A stretch of DNA of 64,000 bases from Anthoceros angustus. Its lineage: Eukaryota > Plantae > Anthocerotophyta. A program made the position numbers and the translations under genes. The stretch spans positions 364,856 through 428,855 of the forward strand of contig MU008176.1 in assembly GCA_010909165.1 (NCBI GenBank). The letters are read 5' to 3'. This document shows, in pieces, positions 26,701 through 39,625 of the stretch; the first letter of the stretch is position 1, and every line of letters begins with the position of its first letter. The notes under the pieces are model-generated. The model ran no database searches. It was given only the letters and a program-made list of their open reading frames with translations, and was not told where the DNA came from.

Positions 26701-28792
26701 GGACGGCTCCATCACCAACCCGCCCGCCTCCTCCTTGCTTCGCCCATACACCCTTCTAACCAGCCTGTGTCCCAATCCTGCGGCGCTCTAAATCCCCTTT
26801 GTTTGTCCTTGGTGTGCGCACTCTGCACAGTCCGAGTTCATGTAATTCCACCGCTCTTCCATGAAACCCGGCTTGACTCCTTCACCACCTCCCATCGAAC
26901 TTTCCAATGATCCATGTTCGGCCATTGGGCAAGCACAATTCGGTGGTGACCTTGGGCGCCATCCCTCTCACGGTCTTCTGGTCTCGCGCCACAAACCAAC
27001 GCCACCTCGCTGCGAATTTCACGGTCGGTCTCGAGTTCCTACCTCCTCGGCAAGGGCGCGCTGTCGCGCCTTCCTCCTCTGCGTCGCGCCTCGCGATGTC
27101 GGCGGGGTTGAGCTCCTTCCCGTCGTTGCGCCTCGCGCCTCCTGCGATCACGGTGCCCCGGACACGGCTCCTCGACGTCGCCACCTGCCCGCCGCTCCTC
27201 CCGCCGTTGCGCTCCGTTGTTTGAGCAGGATTACATTTCCTAGGGTTAAGTTTCCCGGGTTCCCCTACTCTGTTCGACCTCTACGACCGCTTCCACATCC
27301 CAATCCACAACCCCACACTCATTCGCTGGTCGACCCCAACTTATAGACTATCACACTCTAATTATTCCAAACCCCCTATCTCACATATATAGACTTTTTA
27401 GGAACATTCCGAGTCCATGGGCCAAGGAACACCAAATTCCGGACCATTTATTTTCTAACTTAAAAATCAAAACAAGAAAAGAATCCATAGGCCAAGGGCA
27501 TTTCTTCTATAAATACCTCCGCCTTCCATTTCACCTCCCTAACCGGCTTCCACATGTGGAGGAGGCTACAATCTCCACCTCTGGCGGGGCAGTTAGCGTA
27601 AACATAAAGATGGACCGAAATGGTGAGATTAGAGGGCCGAGGCGGAGGAATCAAGTTCAACCTCTCTTCACACAACTTGTCGAGAATTCGCTAATCGATC
27701 TTCGCCCCTTGACCACTTCATGAAGGAGCAGAAGTGGTCGGACAAATAATCACACTTCTTGTCTGCGAAACATAGGAGCCACTGGCGGACCCATCAAGCT
27801 GTTGCCAAATCCCTCGTCAACCGGCCGTTGGGTTCGGTCGCTTTAACGGGCGGTGCTTTTGCCGTGCTTCTTTTCTGGGCTCCATCACCAACCCGCCTCC
27901 TCCTTGCCCGCCCGCCCATACACCCTTCTAACCGACTCCGGTCCCAATCCTGCGGCGCTCTAAATCCCCTTTGTCCTTGGTGTGCGCACACTCTGCACCA
28001 GTCCAGTTCATGTAATTCCACCGCTCTTCCATGAAACCCGGCTTGACTCCTTCACACTCGCTCGAACTTTCCAATGATCCATGTTCGGCCATTGGGCAAG
28101 CACAATTTCGGTGGTGACCTTGGGCGCCATCCTCTCACGGTCTTCTGGTCTCGCGCCACAAACCAACGCCACCTCGCTGCGAATTTCACGGTCGGTCTCG
28201 AGTTCCTACCTCCTCGGCCAGGCGCTGTCATCGCGCCTTCCTCCTCTGCGTCGCGCCTCGCGATGTCGGAGTTGAGCTCCTTCCCGTCGTTGCGCCTCGC
28301 GCCCTCCTGCGATCACGGTGCCCCGGACACGGCTCCTCGACCGTCGCTTGACCGTCGTCGCTCGGCTCGCTCCGTCCGTTGCGCTCCGTTGTTTGAGCAG
28401 GATTACATTTCCTAGGGTTAAGTTTCCCGGGTTCCCCTACTCTACCTCTCGGCTTCCACATCCCAATCCACAACCCCACACTCATTCTACCGCGTCGGTC
28501 GACCCCAACTTATAGACTATCACACTCTAATTATTCCAAACCCCCTATCTCACATATATAGACTTTTTAGGGAACATTCCAGTCCATGGGCCAAGGAACA
28601 CCAAATTCCGGACCATTTATTTTCTTAAAAATCAAAACAAGAAAAGAATCCATAGGCCAAGGGCATTTCTTCTATAAATACCTCGCCTACTACCAACCCG
28701 ACTTATTTTCACACCACGGATCCCAAAAAAAACAAAAAAAAAACACTTCCGGGCACGTCCCAACAGGGGTTTCCAAGTCCAGATCGTCTACA
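23736..28792 (-). repeat. 5' LTR of the gypsy element (5.06 kb; ~3.8 kb core plus one ~1.2-kb duplication)
   Basis: Starts TGTAGACG (28792), ends CTCCACA next to the PBS. 26304-27515 is repeated at about 27516-28685. Confidence 0.9.
25240..27184 (-). pseudogene. LTR-embedded accessory ORF of unknown function (conserved domain, basic linker, coiled coil); boundaries approximate
   Basis: Colinear ORF pieces 26882..27184, 26206..26775 and 25240..25701: NGWLTRDL, DYLSDHLLLFLHEVVKGAKIDWGRILFDKLCEERLNL, ISPFLVHLYVYA, then QEALMAQIKDAHETNQEMQGELLRAQEQE. Partial copies recur in the 3' LTR (e.g. 16731..17027, 15994..16275, 11923..12153). Confidence 0.65.
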
Positions 28793-29271
28793 GAGTGTTA
28801 GACGTGATTTATTACAACATATCAAAATATGTTATGAAGAGTGCCCTAAAAGCAGGTTATGAAGAGTGCCCTAAAATAACATACTTGAAAGTCATGCATC
28901 TTCTAGAAAGTATCTTCTAGAAAGTATCTTCTAGAAAGTCCAAAAGTAAAGGGCAAGGTCAAGTAACCAATAGGAATCAAGGTCAAGTGACCAGTAGGAT
29001 CAAAGGCTAGGACTATATAAGGCCAAGCCCACCTACTTGTAAGGTGTGGTGTGTGCAAGTGTCCTTGTGTGCTTGTGTGCTAGTTTCTAGTGTGCCTAGT
29101 GCATATAACCCATATTGTATGGGAGTGTTGTGTTCCCTTTCTATAAAGTCTCAGCTCTTTTCCTAACATCCACAAGCATCAAGCATAAGCCCATGCAGCA
29201 GGTGAGTAGACTCACAAACATGGTTGGTGCCAAATTGCTTCTCGATCCCGTCTGTCGACAATTGGAATGGG

Positions 29272-30993
29272 CACATCATGAAACCTGCATTGTTTCTTTA
29301 AGAGAATTCGGAGATTGGGAGTGTTGAGATTGGGAGAGTTAATATGGAGTAACCTCGTAGGGCACTAACAACCTGATGAACCTGCATTGTTTCTTTAAGA
29401 GAATTCGGAGATTGGGAGTGTTGAGATTGGGAGTGTTAATATGGAGTAACCCCGTAGGGCACTAACAACCTGATGAACCCGTTTCTTTAAGAGAATTCGG
29501 AGATTGGGAGTGTTGAGATTGGGAGTGTTAATATGGAGTAACCATTAGAAAACAAACAACGATCGTCACATCATGAAACCCATTGTTTCTTTAAGAGAAT
29601 TCGGAGATTGGGAGTGTTGAGATTGGGAGTGTTAATATGGAGTAACCCCTCATGAAACCTGCATTGTTTCTTTAAGAGAATTCGGAGATTGGGAGTGTTG
29701 AGATTGGGAGTGTTAATATGGAGTAACCGTGAGGGTACTAACAACCCGATGAACTGCATTGTTTCTTTAAGAGAATTGAGATTGGGAGTGTTGAGATTGG
29801 GAGTGTTAATATGGAGTAACCGTGAGGGCACTAACAACTTTGATCGTCACATCATGAAACCTGCATTGTTTCTTTAAGAGAATTCGGAGATTGGGAGTGT
29901 TGAGATTGGGAGTGTTAATATGGAGTGTTAATATGGAGTAACCCCGTAGGGCACTAACAACCTGATGCGTCACATCATGAAACCTGCATTGTTTCTTTAA
30001 GAGAATTCGGAGATTGGGAGTGTTGAGATTGGGAGTGTTAATATGGAGTAACCGTAGTAATCTACTAACGATCGTCACATCATGAACTGCATTGTTTCTT
30101 TAAGAGAATTGAGATTGGGTGTTAATATGGAGTAACCGTAAGTACTAACAACTGATCGTCACATCATGAAACCTGCATTGTTTCTTTAAGAGAATTCGGA
30201 GATTGGGAGTGTTGAGATTGGGAGTGTTAATATGGAGTAACCCCGTAGGGCACTAACAACGTGATGCGTCTTTAAGAGAATTCGGAGATTGGGAGTGTTG
30301 AGATTGGGAGTGTTAATATGGAGTAACATCATGAAACCTGCATTGTTTCTTTAAGAGAATTCGGAGATTGGGAGTGTTGAGATTGGGAGTGTTAATATGG
30401 AGTAACCCCGTAGGGCACTAACAACCTGATGCGTCTTTAAGAGAATTCGGAGATTGGGAGTGTTGAGATTGGGAGTGTTAATATGGAGTAACCCCGTAGG
30501 GCACTAACAACCTGATGCGTCACATCATGAAACTTGCATTGTTTCTTTAAGAGAATTCGGAGATTGGGAGTGTTAATATGGAGTAACCCCGTAGGGCACT
30601 AACAACCTGATGCGTCACATCATGAAACCTGCATTGTTTCTTTAAGAGAATTCGGAGATTGGGAGTGTTGAGATTGGGAGTGTTAATGGAGTAACCCCGT
30701 AGGGCACTAACAACTGATCGTCACATCATGAACTGCATTGTTTCTTTAAGAATTGGAGATTGGGAGTGTTAATATGGAGTAACAGAGCACTAACAACGAT
30801 CGTCACATCATGAAACACGCATTGTTTCTTTAAGAGAATTCGGAGATTGGGAGTGTTAATATGGAGTAACCCCGTAGGGCACTAACAACCTGATGCGTCA
30901 CATCATGAAACCTGCATTGTTTCTTTAAGAGAATTCGGAGATTGGGAGTGTGAATATGGAGTAACCCCGTAGGGCACTAACAACCTGATGCGT
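29272..30993. repeat. Tandem satellite, ~110-bp unit, ~18 copies
   Basis: Consensus CACATCATGAAACCTGCATTGTTTCTTTAAGAGAATTCGGAGATTGGGAGTGTTGAGATTGGGAGTGTTAATATGGAGTAACCCCGTAGGGCACTAACAACCTGATGCGT; contains an internal 15-bp doublet and usually an EcoRI site. Confidence 0.95.
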
Positions 30994-31671
30994 CCCAAGA
31001 ACGCTTGACTGTGGAGTTCCAATGAACCCATGTGTGGATGTCACTCCACCAACTTCAGGCTCTATCTCCCATGTCGTGTTTGTCAAAGGTGTCAAAGGTC
31101 AGGAGGCTGGTGCTGAAGTGACCGCAGAAAGTGTTTCAGTTGTAGAAGAGCCTCGTAGTAGTTAGCACACTCTTTTTTCTTAAGTGACGTGTTACCGAGG
31201 TTGGAGACAATCTGACAGTGGCACCAAGTAGAAATCTCATTAATTAGCATGAGCATCTTACTAGCTGGTCCTCAAGTTCTCTGCTCCAAGGGCTTGTAAG
31301 CTCTTCAGCACTCGTAAGCATACATGCAAGCAAACCAGCAGTTGGCAACCTGGCATGCGTGTTTTCCATTCATAAGCACTGGAAATGTAAGCTCAAGACA
31401 GGCCATGCCTCACAGGATCTGGTTTTACCCAGCTATTTAATAAATTTGGTGAAGACAAGCAAGATGTGGCCAGGCAGTCGAATCTTCTGCACCCTGCAGG
31501 TTCAACTGACAACGTCACATACGCATACCACGTGCGGTTCGCATCTGCTGGTGGTTTTGATTGGGTGATTCTTAACGCTCTAACCTATTGACAATCAGCA
31601 ATCCTGAGTTTCCTAATCAGTTGTCAGAATTCTGACGACTCTGAAGTCCTATACAGACGATCATCCAAATT

Positions 31672-33111
31672 TTACTTTGCATCCTGGGAAGGAAGCGAGG
31701 CAACGGCAGTGTCTGATTTATCAGCAGGTGCATCCAGCCCGTATTCCTTGGTGGGTGAACCAGCTTCGATGTTTTCTGTGGTTGTTTCTTCCTCACCGTA
31801 CAGTTCTGTCCTTCCGTAGGTGACAAGCGTGTCTTTCACAGACATGACCACCGGGATCGCACACACGACACCCAGAGCGACTAAAATCCAGTTGATGATC
31901 AGCTCCCACAAATAAGACACCTTTTTGGCATCCACTTGTGCCGCCATGGCATTGCCCGCGTTCTGTATGGCCTTGTAGAAACCAGAAAAGCGGGCCGCCT
32001 GCTCCGAGTTGTTGGTGAGAGCTCCCAAGAGCCAGTATACGTAAGTTTGCCAGAAGGCATCGAACAGACCGTAGCAAGTGTAGAGGGCTATGGGGCCAGC
32101 ATAGCTCCTGCTCTTGGAAAGATCAAGCAGCTCGTCGTCGCTGAGCAGCTTCACGGAATCCCTGGTGAAGGTGAGCTGAAACGCGAGCCCTCCCCCCCAG
32201 ACCGACAGCACCAGCACGGCCAGAATTCCCAGCCCCAGCCACGCCCTGCCGCTTCTCCGCATGAAACGGTTGTCCAGAGTGTGGCCCATCAGGTTGGACC
32301 CTAGGATCTGCGCTGCCCAGTAGAAGGCACCATTGAACGCTCGTGAGCGGATGCTGAATTTCCCCCCTCCGTTGACATCGTTGAACTGGTAGGTGTAGAA
32401 CCAGTTGGAGCAGATGAACATGGGGATCAAAGTCACCATCCTCCAGTCACCAAAAAGTTTGAGAATCTCCACGGCCTCCGTCTTCCAATCCGAGTACTTG
32501 TAAGGAGCGACAGCCGTCCCGTCATCCCGAATCACCTTGCTGGGCGGGAGCAGAAGCACAGACAGGAAGGCTCCGAATGCCATTATCGCCATGAAAGCGA
32601 TATAGGTTCCATCGCCCACATGGGTTTTGGAGTTCCCCCACTCGATGATGAGCGCTACGACGGATCCCAGAGTGCCACCCAGATTGAAAATGCCCCAGAA
32701 AATGCCGATGAACTTGCCCTTGTCATTCTCGTCAGGATAGGAAATCATGATGGCCCCCTGAGCTGCCCACAGGAAGCCAGCTCCCACGCCCAACACGGCC
32801 CCAGCGAAGATGACGAAGACGGCATTGTAGGAGAGATAGGAACCCACGTACAAGACGTAGGTGAGGCCTCCCAGAAGCAGCGTCAGGCGATGGCCGACCA
32901 CGTTGAACACTCCTCCGGCCAGCAAAGAACACACAGCAAATGTCACTGACAGAGCAGTGTTGGCGTTGTCAGTGATGGTGGATTCAGCCTTCCCCGCACC
33001 TCCTAGCCCACCGAGAGCATTGAACATGCCCGGACAGCAGAAACAAATGACACCAAGCAGAATGACTTGTGCCAATGGGCTCCGATATCGGAATCGCTCG
33101 AACGTCTTCAT
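31672..33111 (-). CDS. UNC93: UNC93-like MFS membrane protein (plant UNC93-like 1/2 type), single exon, 479 aa
   Basis: RYRSPLAQVILLGVICFCCPGMFNALGGLGGAG N-terminus, LWAAQGAIMISYP, SNWFYTYQFN, GFYKAIQNAG; about 12 hydrophobic segments; intact ORF from the ATG at 33111. Confidence 0.92.
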   Translation of the reverse strand: MKTFERFRYRSPLAQVILLGVICFCCPGMFNALGGLGGAGKAESTITDNANTALSVTFAVCSLLAGGVFNVVGHRLTLLLGGLTYVLYVGSYLSYNAVFVIFAGAVLGVGAGFLWAAQGAIMISYPDENDKGKFIGIFWGIFNLGGTLGSVVALIIEWGNSKTHVGDGTYIAFMAIMAFGAFLSVLLLPPSKVIRDDGTAVAPYKYSDWKTEAVEILKLFGDWRMVTLIPMFICSNWFYTYQFNDVNGGGKFSIRSRAFNGAFYWAAQILGSNLMGHTLDNRFMRRSGRAWLGLGILAVLVLSVWGGGLAFQLTFTRDSVKLLSDDELLDLSKSRSYAGPIALYTCYGLFDAFWQTYVYWLLGALTNNSEQAARFSGFYKAIQNAGNAMAAQVDAKKVSYLWELIINWILVALGVVCAIPVVMSVKDTLVTYGRTELYGEEETTTENIEAGSPTKEYGLDAPADKSDTAVASLPSQDAK

Positions 33112-33813
33112 GGTGGGCGATGGATAACATTCAACAAGGGAACTGCAATGTCTCACAGGATTCGACTGGAAGGTCCTATACTTCTATAAGGACAAGCTCG
33201 TCGCGTCCGGGTCTACGTCAAGGAGAGCCAGTCCAAGAGCAATGCCGGCACCATAGGGGGAGTCGACTTGTTGGTACCGTCCGGGCCGGCAATGCGTCAT
33301 TGTTCCGACAGAGATGGGTAACTAGAACAGCAGGCCAAAACGGGCACTCTGCTTGGTTACTTGGTAGATTCTCTATCCACTGAATCGAGTGGTGTAATCA
33401 TACATGTTCAGCCTTATCATTCTCATCCCAGCTTGGTGGTTAAAGCCCTACAGTCCACAGAAGCAGTGAAAGATTCATCAACTCGTCCTTCAAAGATGTC
33501 GTCTTGGAGTCGCTGGCGTCATCAGCCACCCCATGGCCACCGACTCCCGAGGAGGAGGCTTCATTGGAAAGTAGAACAGTTTTGTACAACCTGCCCGACT
33601 CCTGTTATGTGGACATTCTACACCCCTCAACACTATTAACTCACAGCTGGCAAGGTTTCAGAGACTCGATTGAACACCAGTTGATTGGCTTCGTAAGTAC
33701 ACTTCCGGCATGACGAGGCCTTCAATCATCATGAAGAGAGGTGCAGGTGGCCCCACCATAATGGCTTCTGGGGGAGCAGAAGGAACTATGCAAGCAAAAT
33801 TGTGTGGATTGGA

Positions 33814-36800
33814 CTACCTGGCAGCACTGAGCCTCTCAATCTGCACATGCCACATCATTCTTAGCTTGCCACTACTGGGAAGACGACAGTGATGCCTGCT
33901 ACTTAAAAATGCGTCTTCGAAACATCTCCAACAAGCATACCTTACCTGGCCCACAAGCATATCTATTTGTTCCCTGTACATTTGTTTGACATCTGCAATA
34001 TCTGCCCTCAACTCTTCCACCTGCGACGTACACATAAACACGGCAAAACATGACAAGTCTGATGCTGGACCACCTCAGAATGTTGACAAGATTTCAGCCA
34101 TGACTCATCCGAAAGGTTCAATACTCCCAGTGCCAGCAACATAGATTACCTCTTCATCACGTTCCCCCATGAGTTCCAAAGCTGAAGTGTGTCGACGGCG
34201 GAGTGAATCAAACTCAGCACGCAAGGCAGGTAGTGAAGATGCCTCCAGACGGTACTGTTCACACTGAAAAACACAGAGAAAAGCTGACGATAAGTTTCAT
34301 CAATTGCGCTAAGCAGACTAGAATCCTTCCACATTTTGAAACCAAATGTACCTGTGTGGTGAGCTTCACAAGCTCTTCCGCCAGTGAGTTCCGAGTACTT
34401 TCCAAAGAATTCTGCACCAAAGAGTATTAGGTGGACAAACAAGACGACAAAAGAAATAAATGAAATACCATACCAAGAGCATGCACAAATAGCTAAACGA
34501 GAGATTCCTACTTACTCCAGACCTGACGACCATGACTCCAGACCTAGCTGGAGCACTTTCACAACCAAAACCAGCTGTTGAGATGCATACCAGTCGGGAC
34601 GCATATGATGCCAGTTCTCCATCTTTCTGGCGTAGATGGGCTTCTACCTGCTCCAATGTGGCAGGCGTGATAAATCCTTTGCCAAAATGTGTTGGTTCAC
34701 TGAAACTAAATCTTTCACCAAATTGTCGGTCTGATGAGTCCAACGTCGTCTGCAAGTAGTAGCTCTCCTCTACACTGCCTGCACTGCTTCCACTGGGCAA
34801 TCTCCTGAGGCTTCTAGTAGAGCCTGGCAAGAGGGGAAAAGCCGTAAGTCCTTGCGAACAGAATTCGGCTCTCACCAGCATACCGTGCTGCAAAGTTGCA
34901 GGAAACTCTCAGACTTACTATGTTCTGTGTGTGAGTTTTGAGAAACATTGTTTTTATCATTCGCCCAGCCATCTGAAGGCACCCTCTTCTCAAAGTCTGC
35001 TACTGCTTGACGTGCCTGTTCAAGCTTCTGCGCACCCAGGCAAGCCTGGCTTTAATTTCCATATTTGAAGGCAAGGGCTTTTAGTCATCAACATGTGACT
35101 GGTGTTTCACATACCTGCTCCAAAACCTCCCTGCTGGCTCGCTCCTCAGCTGAACTACGCTTGACTTTCTTTTTCAGCTCATTGAGCTCTTCTTCTAACT
35201 GCTTGTTTCGAATATCTTGATTAGCAGCTGACTCGGCAGCGGCTAGGTACTCTTGACGGTTCTCAAGTGCTCGTTGTCTTTCCTTTTCTACTGATCGTTG
35301 AAGTTGCGCTTGTTCTGCTCTCAAGCAAGAAAGCTGCAAAACCAAGAAGTGAAAGACACTCTCCTTATACACAGAAGAGACGTGGAGAAACTCAAGGAGC
35401 ATGACATAGCATGTCTGAACCACAAACCTGTGCCTCCATCACAGCCATCCTAGATAATGTCTGAGATAGACGGTCGTTGCTAGATCTCTCTCTCTCCTGA
35501 GCTGCCGCAGCCCTCGCTTCTGCCTCCTGTGTGCAAATGACAGAACCAGAGTTAAGGAGGCACCTGCACAAAGGTAGTGATATAGGAAACAAACGTCATC
35601 AAGCTCATAAGATAACAATTTAACATGTAGCCTTTTGAGTGATTGTACGAAGGGCAACCTGAAGCCGAGCATTTAGCGACCTCTCAGCCGCAGACCATGC
35701 CTCAGCCTTCACAGCAGTTGCTTCCTGCAGTTAAAAACCTCACGTTTAAACCCATGGGCCAATACAAGATAACTGCAGACTTCACAGGTCAAAGAGAGAA
35801 TTTATTCCCAGTCTGTGGGATCACCTGCAGTGCTTCAATCTGGCGGAGCAGTGGCCTAGTAGACTCAGGCATGTTTGCCAGGAGCTCTGCATATCGCTCT
35901 TCTGCACCCTGTCACAGCCATCAAGGGCTTATCAGACAAGATGTGGAAGCCAGAATGATGATAACGCAGAGGAAGTGTTCACCACCAAGACAATCACTCT
36001 TACAAAATTTTCGTTACTGGAAGTCAGTACTGAAAAAGACCAACCTTGCAGCGACTTTCCAACTCTTCCATATCCCTTTGAAGCATGTCTTCTCGATGAC
36101 CAGCCTAACACCAACATAAGTGACAAACAATGTGAACACACTGCATTCTGAGCTCTTCGACTAAACAGAGTGTGCACAATGGCATACCTGCTGGTCAGCT
36201 TTGCTCAGGGCATGGCGAAGTTCGTCTAGAGTTTGTAGCAAAGTTGCTTCCCGCTCTGCTGCCTCTCGCACACGTCTATCAAGGTCTGCCTTGGCATCAC
36301 TATTTGCACGTGCCTCTGCTTGAGCTTCAGCTTCTTTGGCCTCATGCAGGAGATTGACATAGTGCTCCTTTTGAGCAGCAAGTTCTGCCTGACCCTTTTC
36401 TACAGCTTCTTGCAAGGCCTTCTCTGTTGCAGCTTTGTCCTTTCTAATGCTTTCCACTTTTGCCTCTTCCACCTGTTTCATTATCCTTCAGGTCAGAAAG
36501 TTCTCTTTCGGGGGCCATGATATCCAGTCTTAAATCAAAAGAAAGACCACAGCTCACTCTCTCTGCTGCTCAGCAAGTTGAATGATCACAATCTACACCC
36601 TCCAAACAGCACAAAATCTTGTGTGAGGGTGGACTACAAGTCATCTTCCAACAGACTGCAAATCCAGAGAGAATATTGCACACCTGTAACCTAGAATTCA
36701 ACCGTGACTTCTCTTCTTCCAACTCCCGGATCTACGTAAAAGAAAAGATCATTAGATACATGAAACAGGAACAGCCAACAAGCTGCGTCACGAAACACTC

Positions 36801-38454
36801 TCAGAAAGATATTTGTACCTGGGCCCGCAGTTTCTTCATGTGAGCCTCTTGTGCTGCCTGTTTTTTAGAAAGCTCTTCACCTGGCCCAAAGGAGGGTCAC
36901 GTCTACTGAGTACATATTGAGAGAGAAGAATAATGACCAAGACCTTCCAAGTGTCGCCACACTCCTGAAAAACACTCAACCAGATGCATGTGTCCGACCT
37001 TGGTGTTACCTTCAGCCATGACTTGTTTGATGATCTCGTCTTTCTCTTTCAGAAGTGGTGAAGAGTCACTTTTGCGACTCTGCTCTCTTCTCAGCATATC
37101 CCTCTCCTTAGTTAGGGTATAAACCTTCAGAAACAAGGGAGTGTTCAAATCAATTTGTTTCTCAGATCGGGGCAGCCTATGAACAGAACAAAAGAAATGC
37201 TTGCATGAAAGCTGATAGTCTCACAAGTCTTTCATCAGTTATGAGAAAAATGTCAGACCTTCCGCTCAGCAGTCCCCAGTCGATGCTGGTACTCTTGTCT
37301 CAATGCCTCTAGCTCAGCATCAGATGACTTGCTCTGTCACCACCGAATAAATGAGTTCAAGAGACATAAAGAGTCATGACTGGACAGTGAAACCTAACGA
37401 ACAATACCTTCGACTCACCTTCAGCTCAGCAATAGTAGCCTTCAGGTCTTCATTTTCGATCAGCAGCCTCGAGATCTCGTCAGCTTTTGCCTGCCAACAG
37501 GCACCGTCACATAACCATATAAAAAACCCAACCAGCTCTCATGTTTAGAAATCATCCACGACTAAGTTGACAGTACTGGACCTCAGCCCTCATCTCAGGC
37601 ACCACCAATGCCAGGACAAGGATCTTCAACTGACTCCTACCTGTGCTTGTCTCGCAGCACCCTGCAGAGCAGCCTCCAGCATTTGCATTTCTCTTCCTCC
37701 CCCATGCTTCTCCTCTGCATCAGAGGATCTGACCACAGGACCATTGATGACTCCATTTGCCTTCCCATCATGCCGTTCCCCATCTGGTGATCTATCAGAA
37801 CCTATCGGCCGAACTTCCACAGAATCCTCCGCCTTTTCTACTTCAATACTCTCATGCACTACTTCCCCATTCGCACGAGGAGCCTCCGCCACCTCAACCT
37901 CAACCTCAACCTCTTTCAAAACCTTGGCTGAGGGACTGGCGACCTGAACCACCGGAGGCTCAACAGCACCCTGCGTCTGCTCCGAAGATCTATCAAGCTG
38001 CAAAGCTTGCACCACCTGACCATGTCCATCTCCACCCCCTCTTCCATCCTCCGACGAACCCTCACCCTCCCCCTGCTGCGGATCTTGACTGGCCCCATCC
38101 GGCAACGCAGAGCCTCCCGCTGGTGCCACATCCTCTGCTGATCTAGGCTCCGGCAGCAAGGGCTCCACTCCCACCTCACTCGCTGGTGCTGGTACTGCCG
38201 CTGGCTCTGGCTCGGGAACAACAACTGCAAAATTAGGAGCAAAGTGATTGAGCTACACCGGAATTGGCACGAATGCCACACTCCACCAGAGAGCTTGCTG
38301 CATTACCTGGTTCAGGAGCATCACTCCTGACCTCGAAACCAAGGGCGGAGTCGAAATTCTTCTCGATGGACTTGACGCCCTCGCTGAGCTTGGTCACAAC
38401 CAAGTCCCCGAGATTGAGGTTGTTGAGATTGTTCAAGGTCGTGAACCACGCCAT
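33814..38454 (-). CDS. GC5: Golgin candidate 5 (TMF/ARA160-like), multi-exon
   Basis: N-terminus MAWF..KLSEGVKSIEKNFDSALG; coiled-coil exons (LTKERDMLRREQSRKSDSSPLLKEKDEIIKQVMAEG); C-terminus VEELRADIADVKQMYREQIDMLVGQ|IERLSAAR*, with last exon 33840-33814 and GT-AG introns. Confidence 0.9.
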
Positions 38455-39625
38455 CCTAAACGCGTGGCTGGATCTGGTAGCCTTGCCAGTATGGTCTGAT
38501 TGCCCCCGGCAGGGGCCCCTCCCGCTTCCAGCAGATAAAGATCTCAGAAGATCTGCTACCGGGTCACAGCCCCATCACCCAGTTCGCCGCTCCCCAAGAT
38601 TCCACTGGATCCTCCACAAGCCTGCTGCGGGAACAGGACTTGGCAAGCTTGCCACTGTCCACTACCTATTCACTACTCACTGGACTTCCTTAACAATTGC
38701 AACAAACCATTTGTGTCCTTTACGTCATTTATGTACTGCGGTCATTATGTGTCTGGTGTCTCTCACCGAATAAAGGCTAGAAGCTCGACCATCTGGGAAA
38801 ATGCTGGCCACAACCTGTGGTGGAAACCTTCGTGCTATGACCCAGCCTGGCAAGGTAGAACGGTAGTAGGTCGCCCAGTTGCTCACAGCTGATGAACTGG
38901 GATGCCAACACAACGTTGCGTGTTGGTATGTTTGTCTCAGTCTACTAATTAGGATGAAATTAGGGCAACTAATTGTCATCGTCGTCTTGGTGTGCTAGGG
39001 GGCTTACTCTCCTGCAGTGCAGTTGGTAAGACTGATGAACAGTTTCTTGACTCCGCACTGCTGGGTAGTGAAGCGTTCATAACATGGTGGCAGCACGGTC
39101 GGTCTTCAAGCGGACCGTCGTTCAAGTCAAGCTGACGGGGAAAAGCTGGTGTACATACTTGGAACCAGAGAATCAGCACTTCATGACAGCTCTTGTACAA
39201 ACTCACAACATCTCTCAATGTGCTACGTCATAGGATGGTGGAAGGATACTTGATGTAACCTTTATTTATACCGCACTCTTGTGCTAGGAACAAAGACTGG
39301 CTGGATCATTGCCACTCGGTCATTTCCACGCTACGGAGAGAACATCTGGTATCTACGGATAAGCTACACCTTGCCTGAAGCAAAGCACGGGGTGTGAGGG
39401 GTCTTCGTTCAGAGCACCAAGCCTGTTCTGCAATACCTCAAACTCCATGTACAAATCGTTTTTCTACTAACAGACGGCTGCAAGACAGAGCATCCGAAAC
39501 TGATGTTGAATCCCGCTGAATCCCATCCCGCTCCCATTCGAGGGTTGCCAAATCTGAGGACATTTTGTGAATAGCGAACTAAGCTTGTCATCAACTTCCA
39601 GCCTGCCTCTACAGTGTGTGAGCTC

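Larger units (their letters stand above)
10020..28792 (-). mobile_element. Full-length Ty3/gypsy non-chromovirus (Athila-like) LTR retrotransposon, 18.8 kb
   Basis: TG...CA termini, GAGTG TSD at 10015-10019 and 28793-28797, two homologous LTRs, PBS, PPT, and domains in gag-PR-RT-RH-IN order. No chromodomain or second (archaeal-type) RNase H was seen. Confidence 0.93.
8158..29168 (+). mobile_element. Second Ty1/copia element, internally deleted and split by the gypsy insertion
   Basis: LTR copies at 8158-~8415 (TGTTAGAAGTGATTTATTAC...) and 28796-29168 (TGTTAGACGTGATTTATTAC...TTCCTAACA) match up to GGACTATATAAGGCCAAG. RT/RH fragments at 8465-9990 (KTWEITPLPQGRKCIGSKWVFK, MDVQTAFLNGDLEEEIYM, FNDNQGCIFLAKNATFHARTKHI). 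PPT GAGTGGGAG at 10009-10017. The gag/PR/IN region is missing and no TSD was found. Confidence 0.88.

Noticed and set aside
7630-29327. In-frame ORF formed by joining the two Copia flanks (7630-8157 plus 29169-29327)
   Set aside because: The product has no recognisable motif, there is no TSD to show the flanks were adjacent, and frame agreement has a 1-in-3 chance.
29272-30993. CRISPR-like array
   Set aside because: The sequence between constant blocks is the same in each unit apart from indels. There are no unique spacers, no cas genes, and the context is eukaryotic.
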